A stretch of DNA of 64,000 bases from Paragordius varius (Eukaryota > Animalia > Nematomorpha): contig OZ176052.1 of assembly GCA_964247055.1 (NCBI GenBank), forward strand, positions 11,656,001 through 11,720,000, written 5' to 3'. The position numbers were made by a program, and so were the translations under genes. Below, one piece after another: positions 50,101 through 62,539 of the stretch (the stretch's first letter is position 1; every line of letters begins with the position of its first letter). Under the pieces are notes generated by a model. The model was given only the letters and a program-made list of their open reading frames with translations. It had not been told where the DNA came from and made no database searches.

Positions 50101-53100
50101 ATTCATCATCTTATTTTAGTCATTGCTAGCTTAGTATTACATAAATACGGTCATAGATATTTTATCCAACTTAACAAGTATTTAAAATGATATAAATCAT
50201 TAATGAAAGAATATATTAGATATGTTAACTAAAACATCCTTTTTGAGTCTAAGCCTTGGATTATCTAACATATATTACGATTTTTTTTCTCATTCTAAAA
50301 CACTTTTCTAGCATTTTTCTTAAAAAAGGTTTTTAATTACGTGCCTGACTTTTTTGTAATATATATATATAACTCATAATATACCAAATATTCATTTTAG
50401 TTCCAACAAAGATTCAAACATCTCATCATCATCACCAACTGTCGAAGGCTCAGAACCGTTATATTTGCTCGTTTTATCCGAACAACTCTTGTACATGCTC
50501 AGTATTTCGAGTTGTTTTTCTATTGTACAAAAACCTTATAATAAAAATAAAAATGGACAAATTTCGCCTCCTTTGTCAACTTTATTAGCCAATAATAGTA
50601 AAATTGCTCAGCCGGCTGCCAGCTCACAAAGAAATGCTTCAAATCCAACCTCAAAAAATGAAATTATTACAAATGCCTCAAAATTGTGTGTTAGCCCTAA
50701 ACTTTCTTACCCCTTTACCAATAAACAGGGATACCTGGGAAAAGGTTTTTTATTTTATATGCTTTTAGACATTGTGACACGTTACAAGGAAAGTAGTTTT
50801 TATGTCCTGAAATCATTAAAATTTGTGCAAATTACGCTTATATTTAGGTAACAATTTTATATTATGAAATTTTTTTTTAAATTAAGCTAATATGGGTATG
50901 ATAAAAGTATAAATTTTAATCTTTAAGTCTTATCGAAATTTTTTGTAATCCTTAGATTTTCTAAGAATTATCTAGAAAATGAGTTGATAAAATTTGTTTC
51001 TATATTTAGATTGCACAATATATTATTATCCCCATTAATTGTAAGATTGTCCTGTTTATTCAATAAATTGTTGAAATATCATAATCAAAGAAATGTTTTT
51101 CGAGTGTAAAATGAAGAGCTATTGTTCAAAATTATAATACAGTCATATATATGTTGAATTGACAGAAATTCGTTTTTAAATGATTATAATTTGTTTTTAA
51201 TTGTTTTAATGTTTGGTATGTCAACTTTCAACATGCGCATTTTTAAGCATTAAAATAATAATAGCTTATTTATTGTAAACAATTGAAAACAAAGTAAAAT
51301 CAATTAAAAACGTATATGTGACAATTCTAAACATACATGACTGTAATAAAAATAATATGCTTATTATTCAACATAAATAATAGATAATTTAGCCGCTCAA
51401 AACAAATTAATCGATATTGAATTCCCTACTCCGCTCTTTTTCATACCAACTTGTTCTATCATTGGCTGGAATTATGTTGAAACGTCGAACAAGTGCGTTT
51501 TTTTCTATTATATGGAAATAATTTATTTTATACAATTTCAGAAATATGCATTTTTCTCTGCGTTTTTTATTCTTTTGAAACATATATTTTCTTGTTAAAT
51601 TTAAAAGGCCATTTTACTATATGTAAATATAGGTTTTTATTTTTTTTCAATCGAAAAAATGTTTCATTAAATATTTTATTTTGTTGCAAATTCAATCAAT
51701 ATTAAGCCTTTTTTTAAACGGTATATTTTTACGATAGTTTAACCATTTACTTCAATGATGGAGATTGTATTTTGGCTCAAATTGATCCAAGCTTGATTTC
51801 CATCGATTGTATTCTAGCTCGATTGCAACAAGTTACGCAAGGGATAGAGGTTTTACATATAAAATATCTTAGATATCATCACTAATAATTATCATTTATA
51901 CATTCATTAACTGTATGATTTTGTTTTAAAATTGAAACCAGCTAATACAAAATAACATATAAAAGTTGTGGTGTTCATAATATACGCATATAAAGTTTTG
52001 TAAGATAATAAATTTTTAATCAGATATCGATTTTCATAATGGTTTTAACCAGAATGAACTGTTAATAAAATTATCTATGACTGTCCTTTATAAACCAGTT
52101 AAAACAAATTATTAGTTGATAAAGATGGTACGCAAGATAATTGGAATTTAATTTCATTTGTCTTTTCTATAATTTATTTTACTTACATTTAGAGAAGCAG
52201 TTATAATCTAATATATATTGATTTACAACATTTTTAACACTACTCGAATCATTATAATAACTAAAGAGAATAAAACATTTATAAACGGTTTAACCGTTTC
52301 ATGAACAATCCAAAATAAAAACCATTCCTATTTTACTAAATTTGTCAATATATATATATGTATATAATAGGCCTTGACTTTCACAATCGAAAAGTGTAAT
52401 AGTGAAGTTCAACTAGGGATTTACATCCAGGAAGGCGGATTTGTTACAGATATTGAAGTAGGCGGATTGGCTTGGAATGCTGGCATCCGTAAAGGATTTC
52501 GTATTATGGAGGTTTTTTCCTTATTTCTTGATTATAAAATTAAAATCGGGGATTGGAAAATATATTTTTGAATAAATTGGGTTCCATTTTTTATAATTAC
52601 AATATATTTTTATAGAAGAATAACAATAATAATTACAAAAAATCAGATATATATTCAAAAATATTAACTACTGCTCTTTTCAACAAATCCCAAAAATTTA
52701 TGATTCCAAATATATAACTTTCAAAAATGGAATACAATTAATACATCATTTTACAAACTTCCGTTAAAATAATTATTTAAAATCCTCATTTTTCTGTGTG
52801 TTATATATTTTATTAATTGATAATATATTATCTTAATTTCCCCTTTTATGCGTTTTAATAATTTTCAATTTGATATTACATATTATGACACATATATATA
52901 TTTTGATAATTTTAATCTGCATAGTTGTGTCACAAATATATCCTAACGCTGAATCTCGATCAAATCTTCATTATGCTCAAAAATGCGATAAATATACACA
53001 TTGTTGCCATCCCACCCAACACCCCAAAAAATGTTTATAATGCTCAACATTCACATAAGTATAAATTATAATTATTAGTTATATTTTTAAAAATATAGTC

Positions 53101-56100
53101 AAAACTCTTTCTGATCGGACTCGTTTTGTAAAATGACTCTTTTTATAACTTTTTTTGTACAAAACATTTTTTTTCGATGTTTTTACTGCCATAAACACGT
53201 CCATAAATCGTTAAAAAACTGATATTTATAAAAATGATTCATTGTAACTATTGTCATTTATAGCTGAAAAATGTTTTTTATTAATTAAGTTAATATTTCT
53301 AGATTTAAAAGTTTTTTTTGTGCGATTCCGTGTTTTTGCACAAAAATGTTTCACTATATATGTTATTGTTAAATAACTTAAGGTGCAAGAATCAATTTTG
53401 TCACTTTTTCATGTCAGGACTTACGCATCATCACCCGCATACACTATCATCCAAAAATACAAAACAGTAATTTATTCACTAATTTTCTTACAACGATAAA
53501 AGTTTGATAAAAGGCTTGAAAATATTTAAAAAAATTCTTCTTTTTTATAAATTTTTTAATTCAAATGCCTCTTTTCTGATAATTTGTCTCTCATAGTGTT
53601 ATATGCTGGGATCAATATTTAAATCACGTAGAAAATTTTTAGAGGGAATTTTAATATTATTTTTTACTTATTTTATTATATTATAAACTTATTATCCCAA
53701 AAAATACTTGTTTGGGATAAATGCAATTAACATGGGTTATTATGGGATCCCAATATAATTAAAAAACAAGAGCATAAGGGGCCTTTTTTAATTACAATTT
53801 TGGGTTTTTTACATTTTGCTAGTGTATCATTTTTTAGTCAAAGGCAACAATTTTTCAGTTTTCTTTGACTTAAAAAAATGTCAGCGCTGACCAAATTTCG
53901 ATTTCGATAAGGGGTTTGCCTAAAAAATATTGCTTTTGCTTGAAAAAATGTTGCGTTTGATTTAAAAATGGTATGATAAGTACCTTTGTACGCTTTCTTT
54001 ATATTTAGTGAAATCTTAAAACCAAAAAATCTACCCCTCACCTTATGTTCATCACCTCAAAGCCATCAGAAAGAAAATACAAATGTTAAATCAACAGGTT
54101 AGTAGTTTTGCTGCTTACATATATCATTATTTAATAAAATTTAGATATAATTTTCATTTTATTTCATAATCAAATATAGCATATAAGACCCACCCCACCA
54201 TTTCAAAAGCTATACAATCTCTCAATTTTAACAATAATAATAATAATCACAATGATAATAATTATATTGTCACCACTAATCAAGGTATACAATCCACATT
54301 AGAATCTCACCCCACAACAGAAGAGTTATTATTAAATAAAGAATCTTTATATTACAACACGTATCCGTCCCATTTATTTCCACAAAAATCTACAAATCTT
54401 TTGAAAGGTAAATTTGATATTTATGAACAAATTTTTTATGTAAATGATATTTTCATTAAAATTTTATTTGTTAATGTAAAAACATGTAAAACAAAAAGCA
54501 TTCTTTTGTAAGGAAAAATTTAAACCTTAATTTTAAATATTTATTTATTTTCCCAAATAAGTAATAGCGTAGATTGGTAATATCTGGACGTGATCTATAT
54601 TGGTTATATAAGTGGAATCTAGGATATAAAAATATATTTTTTTAATTTGAAATATATTTTTATATTTTCTTATAATTTCGATTTTTACTGTGGTTCTTTA
54701 CAGACAAAACTATTAAAAACTCGTGTACTACGACCGCCGATGAAACATTGCAAAATTTGGAGAGTCATTTGCAACAATTAATAAACTTTGATAAGGAAGA
54801 ACAGGAACAAAATGGTTTGCACATATAATTTTAATTTTTGACTTAATATCGCTTTATAATTATAATGAAATTTTCATAAAAATATTAGAACTATTTTATT
54901 CTTAAAAAAACAAAAATTATATATTTACAACAATGTATTTTACTGTATGAAACGAAAGGGCTTTTTTATTTTTACAATTTTTACAGTCAAACAATTGTAT
55001 ATGTTAAAAATCTTTTATTAAATAAGTTGTGGAAATCTTGCTTAAGACTTCTTATTAAATGCATAAAATGATATTTATAAATCTTAATATACTTTTTTTA
55101 GCAAAGTTCCCTAAAAATTTGCAGCAAATTAAAGACGATAATTTTTTGTTTGAAACAAAGATTTAATTTTAACATATATTTATTTATTTAAGAATTATGC
55201 GCGTAAAAATAACACAAATATAGTAACCAAAATATAATAAAGTGTTTAATTAATAATAATTTTTTTTGATATAATGTAATTTGGATTTTTTGAATATCAC
55301 AGAACGAAACCGAGACAATTTCCTCAAAAATACTTCGTTTAGCTTAGATTCAACACCCATTTTATCGACATCATCGGATACCAACTACTATTCTGGTTCA
55401 TTACCGCTCTTACGAAAAGCTAGGTATGTACAAGTGTAGTTTTATATTACAATTTTATATCCACACATTATTTTACATAATGTATCGTGGTCATTGGGTT
55501 TTAATCGATCATAATCGTTTATAAATCTAAAGTCCTTCAAATCGTAACTAAAACCAAAATTATAAATAACTATAAATGCAATAATTTATATCATGTAACT
55601 TAATGAATCCAAATTAGCTTATCAAATTGATGATATATTTGATCCATATATTGATAACCATACACAAAAGGTTTTGACTGGTTATTTTTAAAGCAATCAC
55701 ATCATTAGTTTCATAACCGATCAAACCTTATCAAGTTTATAAATTTATTGAATTTTTTTCATGATTTCATATATAAATATATGATTTAACAGCTACCCGA
55801 AATTCGCGCATTCCATAACCCTAAATTCTGAGTATCCTTCAATGCAAACGCAACATAAAGTCTATTCAAATACGTCTCAGTGTGGAGATTGGGAAGGTAC
55901 TTTAACACATCCACACGCTAAAAAAACTGCTCACCAAAAGATTGAATATCAACCTCAAAAACAACTTCTTGGTAGTTGTCCAAAAAATTTGTCTTCTCAC
56001 TCAGAAAAACAAAATCAAACAGATTGGAATGTTTTACTAGATGACACTATGAAATCTATTAAAAGTAGTAAATATATTAATATTGATTGATCTTTAATTT

Positions 56101-57395
56101 TAGAAACATTGGTAATCATTTAAAATAATATAAATTGCCGGTGTATATAACTATTTTGTTGTGGGGCAACTAAAATGTATAAATATGTGTTTTCCATTAA
56201 TCAATCAAAATATGACAGGAATTTCAAGTACACAACTAGATAAAATTTGCTATCTTTTAGATAATAAGGTTTGTTAAATAGGTATATTTTTAAGAATATC
56301 ATTTAACTATAAATGATAATACATTTTTAGCATTTGAAGATGGAAAAATTCATCATAGCTCAGATCAACTCACGAATCAACTTTTAACGCAACAATCTTT
56401 CGATTCCTCCACAAGGTATATTCTTTTTATTTTTGTATTGATAAATTTTTTTGGATATAGATGCAATAGGGTGTTCTCATTAAAAAATATATTATCATTT
56501 AGTTATATTTTTTAATTATTTTAAAATGATCTTTTACAGTTAATTGCTTCACATAAAAATAGTATTTATGAATAATGACCCAAAAATAAAATAATATTAC
56601 AAATGTGTTTTTTGATTACGCTTTTAAATTTTTTTTATTTTTAAAGTTGCAGTAGCAAACAAAAATCCACCTTAAAAATAATTTCAATTATTATTGAATT
56701 TATATAAATTAATAAAATATGATATTGATTATAGGAAATTTTTTTACATTTGTAAATCATGATAATAATGTTTGGGTAAAAAAACTTTGTTAAAAAGATA
56801 CCAAACAATTCAATAAATTATATTTTTAATTTAGCAAAAAAGATATGGTTCAGAACTTGCGAGATAAATGCCGTAAATTGGAGATTAAATGCGAAAAGGT
56901 ATATCTATACAACCTTATTTTAATTGTTAATTACTCTTCAATACAATATAAAGTGTTATCATATTATATTGTAAATTTTTATTACGGCATATAAGGGATA
57001 GTAGATGTAAAATAAAACATAAATCTTTTTAATATAATCATTAATAAAAGTAAAATATTTACAATTTTATAAAGTCAACCTATTTTTAATCCTCATTTTT
57101 AGATATAAAGACGTTAGGACTCAATATGGGGTTGAAAGCCCCATAACTCTAAAAAAGGTTTTTTAAATAAGGTTGACTTAATTTAAAAACTAAGGATTTA
57201 TATTTAATTTACGGCCTCAAAAAATAACTTAACATATTATACACCTTATCTTGACAATTGTTACCATTTCATAACTGTATGCAGGAATCACAATATAAAG
57301 CTAACCTAAAAGCTCGCCTCAATGCTCTTGTCAAAGAAAATGAAAAACTTAGGAAAGAACTTTGCATGTTAAAACAGGATTCACCACAATTATAA
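41941..57395 (+). CDS. SIPA1L: SIPA1-like Rap GTPase-activating protein (RapGAP, PDZ, C-terminal coiled coil)
   Basis: Exons 41941-44251, 44595-44737, 45838-45929, 46201-46300, 46554-46629, 46708-46806, 47136-47778, 48700-48806, 49068-49445, 49758-50076, 50401-50744, 51393-51492, 51738-51849, 52371-52511, 52925-about 53032, several poorly conserved exons 54.0-56.9 kb (not resolved), last exon 57285-57395. Motifs: [41 protein letters not shown]...[10 protein letters not shown] (catalytic Asn present), [32 protein letters not shown]. Confidence 0.92.
47060..47119. repeat. (TA)n microsatellite near an intron acceptor
   Basis: About 60 nt of TA ending about 16 nt upstream of the acceptor at 47135. 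Confidence 0.95.
48317..48646. mobile_element. Foldback-like MITE, longer copy of the 16323-16556 family
   Basis: TTTACAGTTCAAATTCACCC ... GGTAATTTGAATTGTAAATGG, with more subrepeat units per arm; shared interior with the laminin-intron copy. Confidence 0.75.
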
Positions 57396-58242
57396 TAATT
57401 AATATTTCAAACATTGTTTGTGGAAAATAATATATATTTATATATGCATTTTAAGCTCAGAACCATAAACTCTCTTTAGCTCTAACCAAAAAACATATAC
57501 TTTATTGCTGCAATGAAAAATGCGCATTATAAAAAAGCTACACATTATTGATATTGATGATAGATAGATAGATAGATAGAAATAGCATTAAATGTATGCT
57601 TTATGATATATAGTAATTTGGGTATATATAATAAAATTAATTACACTTTTATATATATACTCTGCAATATATTAAAGATATAATTATACTTTATTATTGT
57701 AATTATGCTATTGATATATTTATATTACCACTTATTTAATAATGTATGTTCGTTGTAAATAATCCCACCTACCCACCCACTTTTTTCTCATCAAATAATT
57801 TTTTAGACATTTTTGTTTTTGTAAAAAATGAGATGTCTCTAAAGATTGATAGTGTATATAACTCTAATAATGATTATTAGTGTCCACCACATTAAATTCA
57901 TTTATTTCATTCATTTATATGAGATGACGTGTATTATATATATAATATATGTATTTAAAACTATAAAATAATAAATTTATAAAATTGATTTATTTGTGAT
58001 TCGAATTTATTTACATTAGTTATACAACGTATAATTATAATTATGTGCGTATCGAAAGCGTTTCTGTAAATTTAGTTTCGTTTGATTTATACATATTAGT
58101 TTATATCTAGTGCCTAAACCACGAATTTTATTAGCCAAAAATAATTTCTACAAGAAATGATTTAGTATACAATCCAATGATTTGAGCCGGGGGAAAAAAT
58201 TGCATAAGTCAAACATAAAATTTGATATGTGTGTGATCGCTT

Positions 58243-60533
58243 TTAATATTCATCATTAATGGGTTGACTTAATATGGGTTCATCACTCATCAAATAATTG
58301 GGTGATTCACCTTGAGTATTTTGATTATTATCATTAACAAGAGTATTTTTATGTTCATTAGTAGGGATTGTAGATTGCACAATTATATTTTTTTCTTTAC
58401 TATCAAAACTATTTTTTTCAGTTTGAACTGCAAAATAATTGTTTATGAAATGTGCCAACGTTTCATACGTGGCAAGCGTTATAGCTGTGTTTGGGATTTG
58501 ACGGATGAGATGAGTCAGCAATCCTCGATATAAACCAATGTAACTTTCTTCTCGCCAAACCAAAAATATGGTTTGCCAAAAAGATCGATATTTACTTTTG
58601 CCTTCTCGCATACGCGTCCTTGCGACCTCTGTATAAATTTTGGAAGTTTGAAATCAATAAAAAGTTAATTTATATTGGTTTAGATAAAAAGGATTCGACA
58701 AAAAGGACCTAGGATAAATTCGATGTTAGGTGAGAGAAAGATATGAATATTGAAACATTGAAATTGTATTTTGAAAGTTCCTACTCAAATATTGTAAATT
58801 CAAATATGGATGCAACATGCAAATTTTTACCCGAATAATTTAATGCCGGGAATATCTTAACAATCTTGATGTATTGCAAAATACATGATATTGATTTATA
58901 ACGAGGAGAATTAATTAATAACAAAATCTATACATACGAACAAGAGTTTAAATAAACAAATAATAAACATAAATCATGAATATTTATCCTTTTAGCCTTT
59001 CTTAACAAAAATGTGAGTTTGTATGCCTACTCTTATTTAATTATAAAGTTAATCATACCATAATTACTATAATTTTAATAAAAAATCTTCTCAAAATTTT
59101 AACATACTATCAATTTAACCAAACAGTGTAATATAAACGAAACGAAAAAATAAATATACCATGAGGGTAAGCCAATGTAGCTGCAAAAGTTTTAGCAAAA
59201 GCTGCGCAGCTCATTAACTCAAGGAATTGCAAATTCTTCGGGGAAATTTGTTGGCTCTCATTTTCACGCTGGTCGCCTTTTAAGGTTATAACGTTTCCCG
59301 CCGTTTTTAAATTACTGACATACCCTTTAAGCGATTCATAAATAAGAAAATTAAGGGCAGTTTCCGACACACCATAATACGAAGCAGTTACGCCTTTGTA
59401 AAATCCACGAAATCCGAATTCTCGCCATGTATCTTTGATACAATTCCATGTGGATAGAGTTACATGACCTTGTGTGCTAGATGGTTATATATATATATAT
59501 AGTTTGAATTTAGGGGGTGTAAAAAAACGTAAATAATACCAAATTCTAAACATTTTGCGTGCAAAACAAAAAAAATGGATGAATACCTTTTTTTATTCGA
59601 GCAAATTTTTTATCCTAATTTTTCTTAGACCTTTTTTTATTTAATATGATAAATATGGGATATGGAGGGCCTATATTTATTTTCAATGAGTAAAAAATTA
59701 AACTTGAAGGGTATATGATTGAAGTAAACGATTTTTTGGTAATGTTTTTTTCCTTATTCGAATCTTACTGTAATAATTAATGAAATTGGGGGAAAAATTT
59801 ATAATGATTCCCAAAATTTGTAATTTTAAAGAGACAAGAATTTTTAACATTTTTGTGCCCTAAGTGTTTATATAAATTTTTTTTACTATTCTTAGGATAT
59901 TATCATTGAAAAACAATCGTTTGAAAATTATGTAAATTATAAAGAAATTTATTGTATATAAATTCAACCTTTGATCAAGTTGTAACTTTGTTTTAATATA
60001 CCATATTGGGTTTGTAAGCGTAGATGTAAATAATCCTAAAATCAAATATATATTTGCCTGAGAAAGTTGCAGATAAAATAAAAACTGATGGATTGTTTGG
60101 GCCTAGTTTACCTTCCAGATAAGATTTGCTGTTTGAATATGCGCAAAAATATATTGATCTAAATATCAAATATATGTTATTTTTACCTGGCTGGTGCGAC
60201 ACCAACTAAATTTGGCAGTAAGCCCTTAAATAATCCTCGTAACCCCTCTTGATAATAAGTGTGCCAGAATATAAATAATAAATTTTACCTTATAAGATAT
60301 GGAATTTTATAGTTAAAAATTTTGCGGCTAAATGCCAATGTATGTGAATTAGTAGGGGTTACATGAATTTTTTGAAATTCATATTGTGGAACATAATTTG
60401 AAGATTGCAAACGCGTTTTTATGACCTCTAATGGGCATGTTAAAATTGTCGCTAATGTTCCAGCTAATCTTAATTTAATAAAACCAATTTTATACCCGCC
60501 TGCGACTAGATGGACTAAAGAATCTGAATTCAT
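58243..60533 (-). CDS. SLC25A36: Mitochondrial pyrimidine nucleotide carrier SLC25A36/SLC25A33 (Rim2-like)
   Basis: Exons 60533-60496, 60468-60289, 60264-60187, 60158-60058, 60035-59969, 59476-59160, 58628-58243. Three carrier signatures: [38 protein letters not shown]. Family-specific [17 protein letters not shown] and [17 protein letters not shown]. The first four introns are 27, 24, 28 and 22 nt; the acceptor of the second is uncertain. Confidence 0.9.
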
Positions 60534-60648
60534 ACATACAGCATTTATATCCTTGATTCAAATATTTTTCATATCATATGTTTAACTATTATACGTTTAG
60601 CGTGCATTTAAAAACGCGTTCCGGTTGAAAAAAATAAATCTTAAGAGT
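60534..60648. promoter_or_regulatory. Putative bidirectional promoter between SLC25A36 and UTP3
   Basis: Only 115 nt between the divergent ATGs (60533 minus, 60649 plus); small CpG-containing core GCGTGCATTTAAAAACGCGTTCCGGTT in AT-rich surroundings. Confidence 0.6.
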
Positions 60649-62492
60649 ATGGTTAAAACACAGGCAAGTTCTCGAAAAAACCAAGAATTTTGGGGGAAGA
60701 AGTCAAGCATCTATTATAATTCCGATGTTACAGGAAATAAATCAAAAATAAAGAAAGATGAAATTCGAGAAGTAATATTTTTTATTTAGGCTTATAATAC
60801 ACGTTTTTGGTGTATTCGAATATATTATATTTGGCCATTACTAATTTTAAAACCTTAAAAATCTTAGATTCTGGAATTGGAAGAGAAGGAAGCGATTGAA
60901 TTGCAAAACATGATGTTACAAGATCTTAAAGATGAAGATTTTACTCTAAATGAATTCAAAGTATAAATTTAATCAATTGAATATTATTATTAATTAGAGA
61001 AAAATAACTATTTTCAGATATTATAGTTCTTTTACATATTAAAAAAATACACTAAAAATTTAGTTTAAGGCATGTAGATATTTTTGAAACAAAAAAAATT
61101 TATTAAAAATTTGGTTCATAAAATTACTTTTAGGGCCGCGGTTTGAGTATCACTAGTATAGACTTTCAAAACTGTGTTGAAAAAATATAAACTAGCCGTA
61201 TAAATAAATTTTAATTTTCATCGTTAATATTACTTTTATATAAAACGCTGACATTTATCCTTTTAAATGATTTTGTTAGACTATAAGATATCTTGATTTC
61301 CCATTGTATAAGTGCAAATATGTTAAAAGGAAAACCTTCAGTTTTTAGCATAAAAAATTAAAATTTTCCCCATAGGCGGAATTATCAAACTATATTCATA
61401 AAAACTTTTACAACAGTTATTATTTTATTATTTATAAAAAAATATATTTAGGAAAATGCTTTCCAAAAAGATATTCCAACGCCCTCACACTTTCCGACAG
61501 AAAACCCAACCCATAATGACAAATTAAAATTATCAAAACTGTTAAAACGTGAATGTCCGGAATTTGTTGAATGGTCTGAAGCTATTACCACCCAAATTGT
61601 CCCCAGATTAAATATGATTCATAACATTTTGTTTCATTTTCAACATTATTCATTTGCTTTGACAAAGTTATCATCGGTTAGTATGCATCCTCTTTTAAGC
61701 GAATCGTTTGCCAAAATTAATCCACGCATAATTGACACTCTTTCTCAAACAAGAGATGTAATGGCCCTTTTCATGATTAACTTTAATTTTTATCTCACTC
61801 ATAAATGCAGTGGGAATGGCCTACTGTCTCAGGATAAATCCGTTCTTCAACACCCAGTGTATGCCAAACTAAAAAAATTGCACGCCATATTAACCCGGCT
61901 TCAGGCCACGATATCGGACCAAATTTGGGACACTTTACTACCTCGTTTACATGCTAAGCTTTGGATAAATCAGGCTTCACTGAATCAATTTTATCGGCAA
62001 AATAAGATTAAAATGTTGCCTTTGACGTCCATTGTTAAAAACACCACATCATTACCATCGCCAACAATACACTTCCCAGCAGAAAGTCAAAAACTTACTG
62101 AATCAGTAGATTTAAATTCTACCAAACTCTCACCCTCATTCATCGAGGAAAATATATCTATTGGCAAGCAAAAACATCACACCTCAAAATCTAAGGTAAA
62201 CAAAACCACACTTAAAAGTTCCCTAGAAACGGACGAACATAATGTCAATGTCAATGATGATGGTGATGATAAAAGACCCATAAATTATGAAATGTTAAAG
62301 AATAAAGGACTTACGCCTAAACGGAAAAAAGAATACAAGAATCCACGGGTCAAACACCGTGTAAGATTTGCTAAAGCGCTTAAAAAACGACGTAGTCAAG
62401 GCCCTTTACCGCCTAAAAGTATACCTAAACAGGGGATAACACGTGTATCTGGCATCAAAATTAATCTTAAAAAGAGCGTTAAAATAAAATAA
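60649..62492 (+). CDS. UTP3: Sas10/Utp3 small-subunit processome protein
   Basis: Exons 60649-60771 (FWGKKSSIYYNSD), 60868-60960 (EEKEAIELQ...EDF) and 61452-62492 (LLKRECPEF; QHPVYAKL; C-terminal Sas10 domain RPINYEMLKNKGLTPKRKKEYKNPRVKHR...SGIK...KSVKIK*). Confidence 0.92.
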
Positions 62493-62539
62493 ATTGGAAT
62501 TATTTATTTTTTACATTGTATAATATATGAGCCAGACAT

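Noticed and set aside
60286-60288. In-frame TAA in SLC25A36 and in the Gypsy pol as a sign of stop-codon reassignment or readthrough
   Set aside because: TAA terminates laminin, globin, Rap GAP and UTP3 at the expected places; the Gypsy copy has other lesions and the SLC25A36 TAA follows a consensus donor.
60772-60789. Possible 18-nt GT-AG micro-intron in UTP3
   Set aside because: Using it runs into a stop with non-homologous residues; the 96-nt intron 60772-60867 gives the conserved acidic segment.
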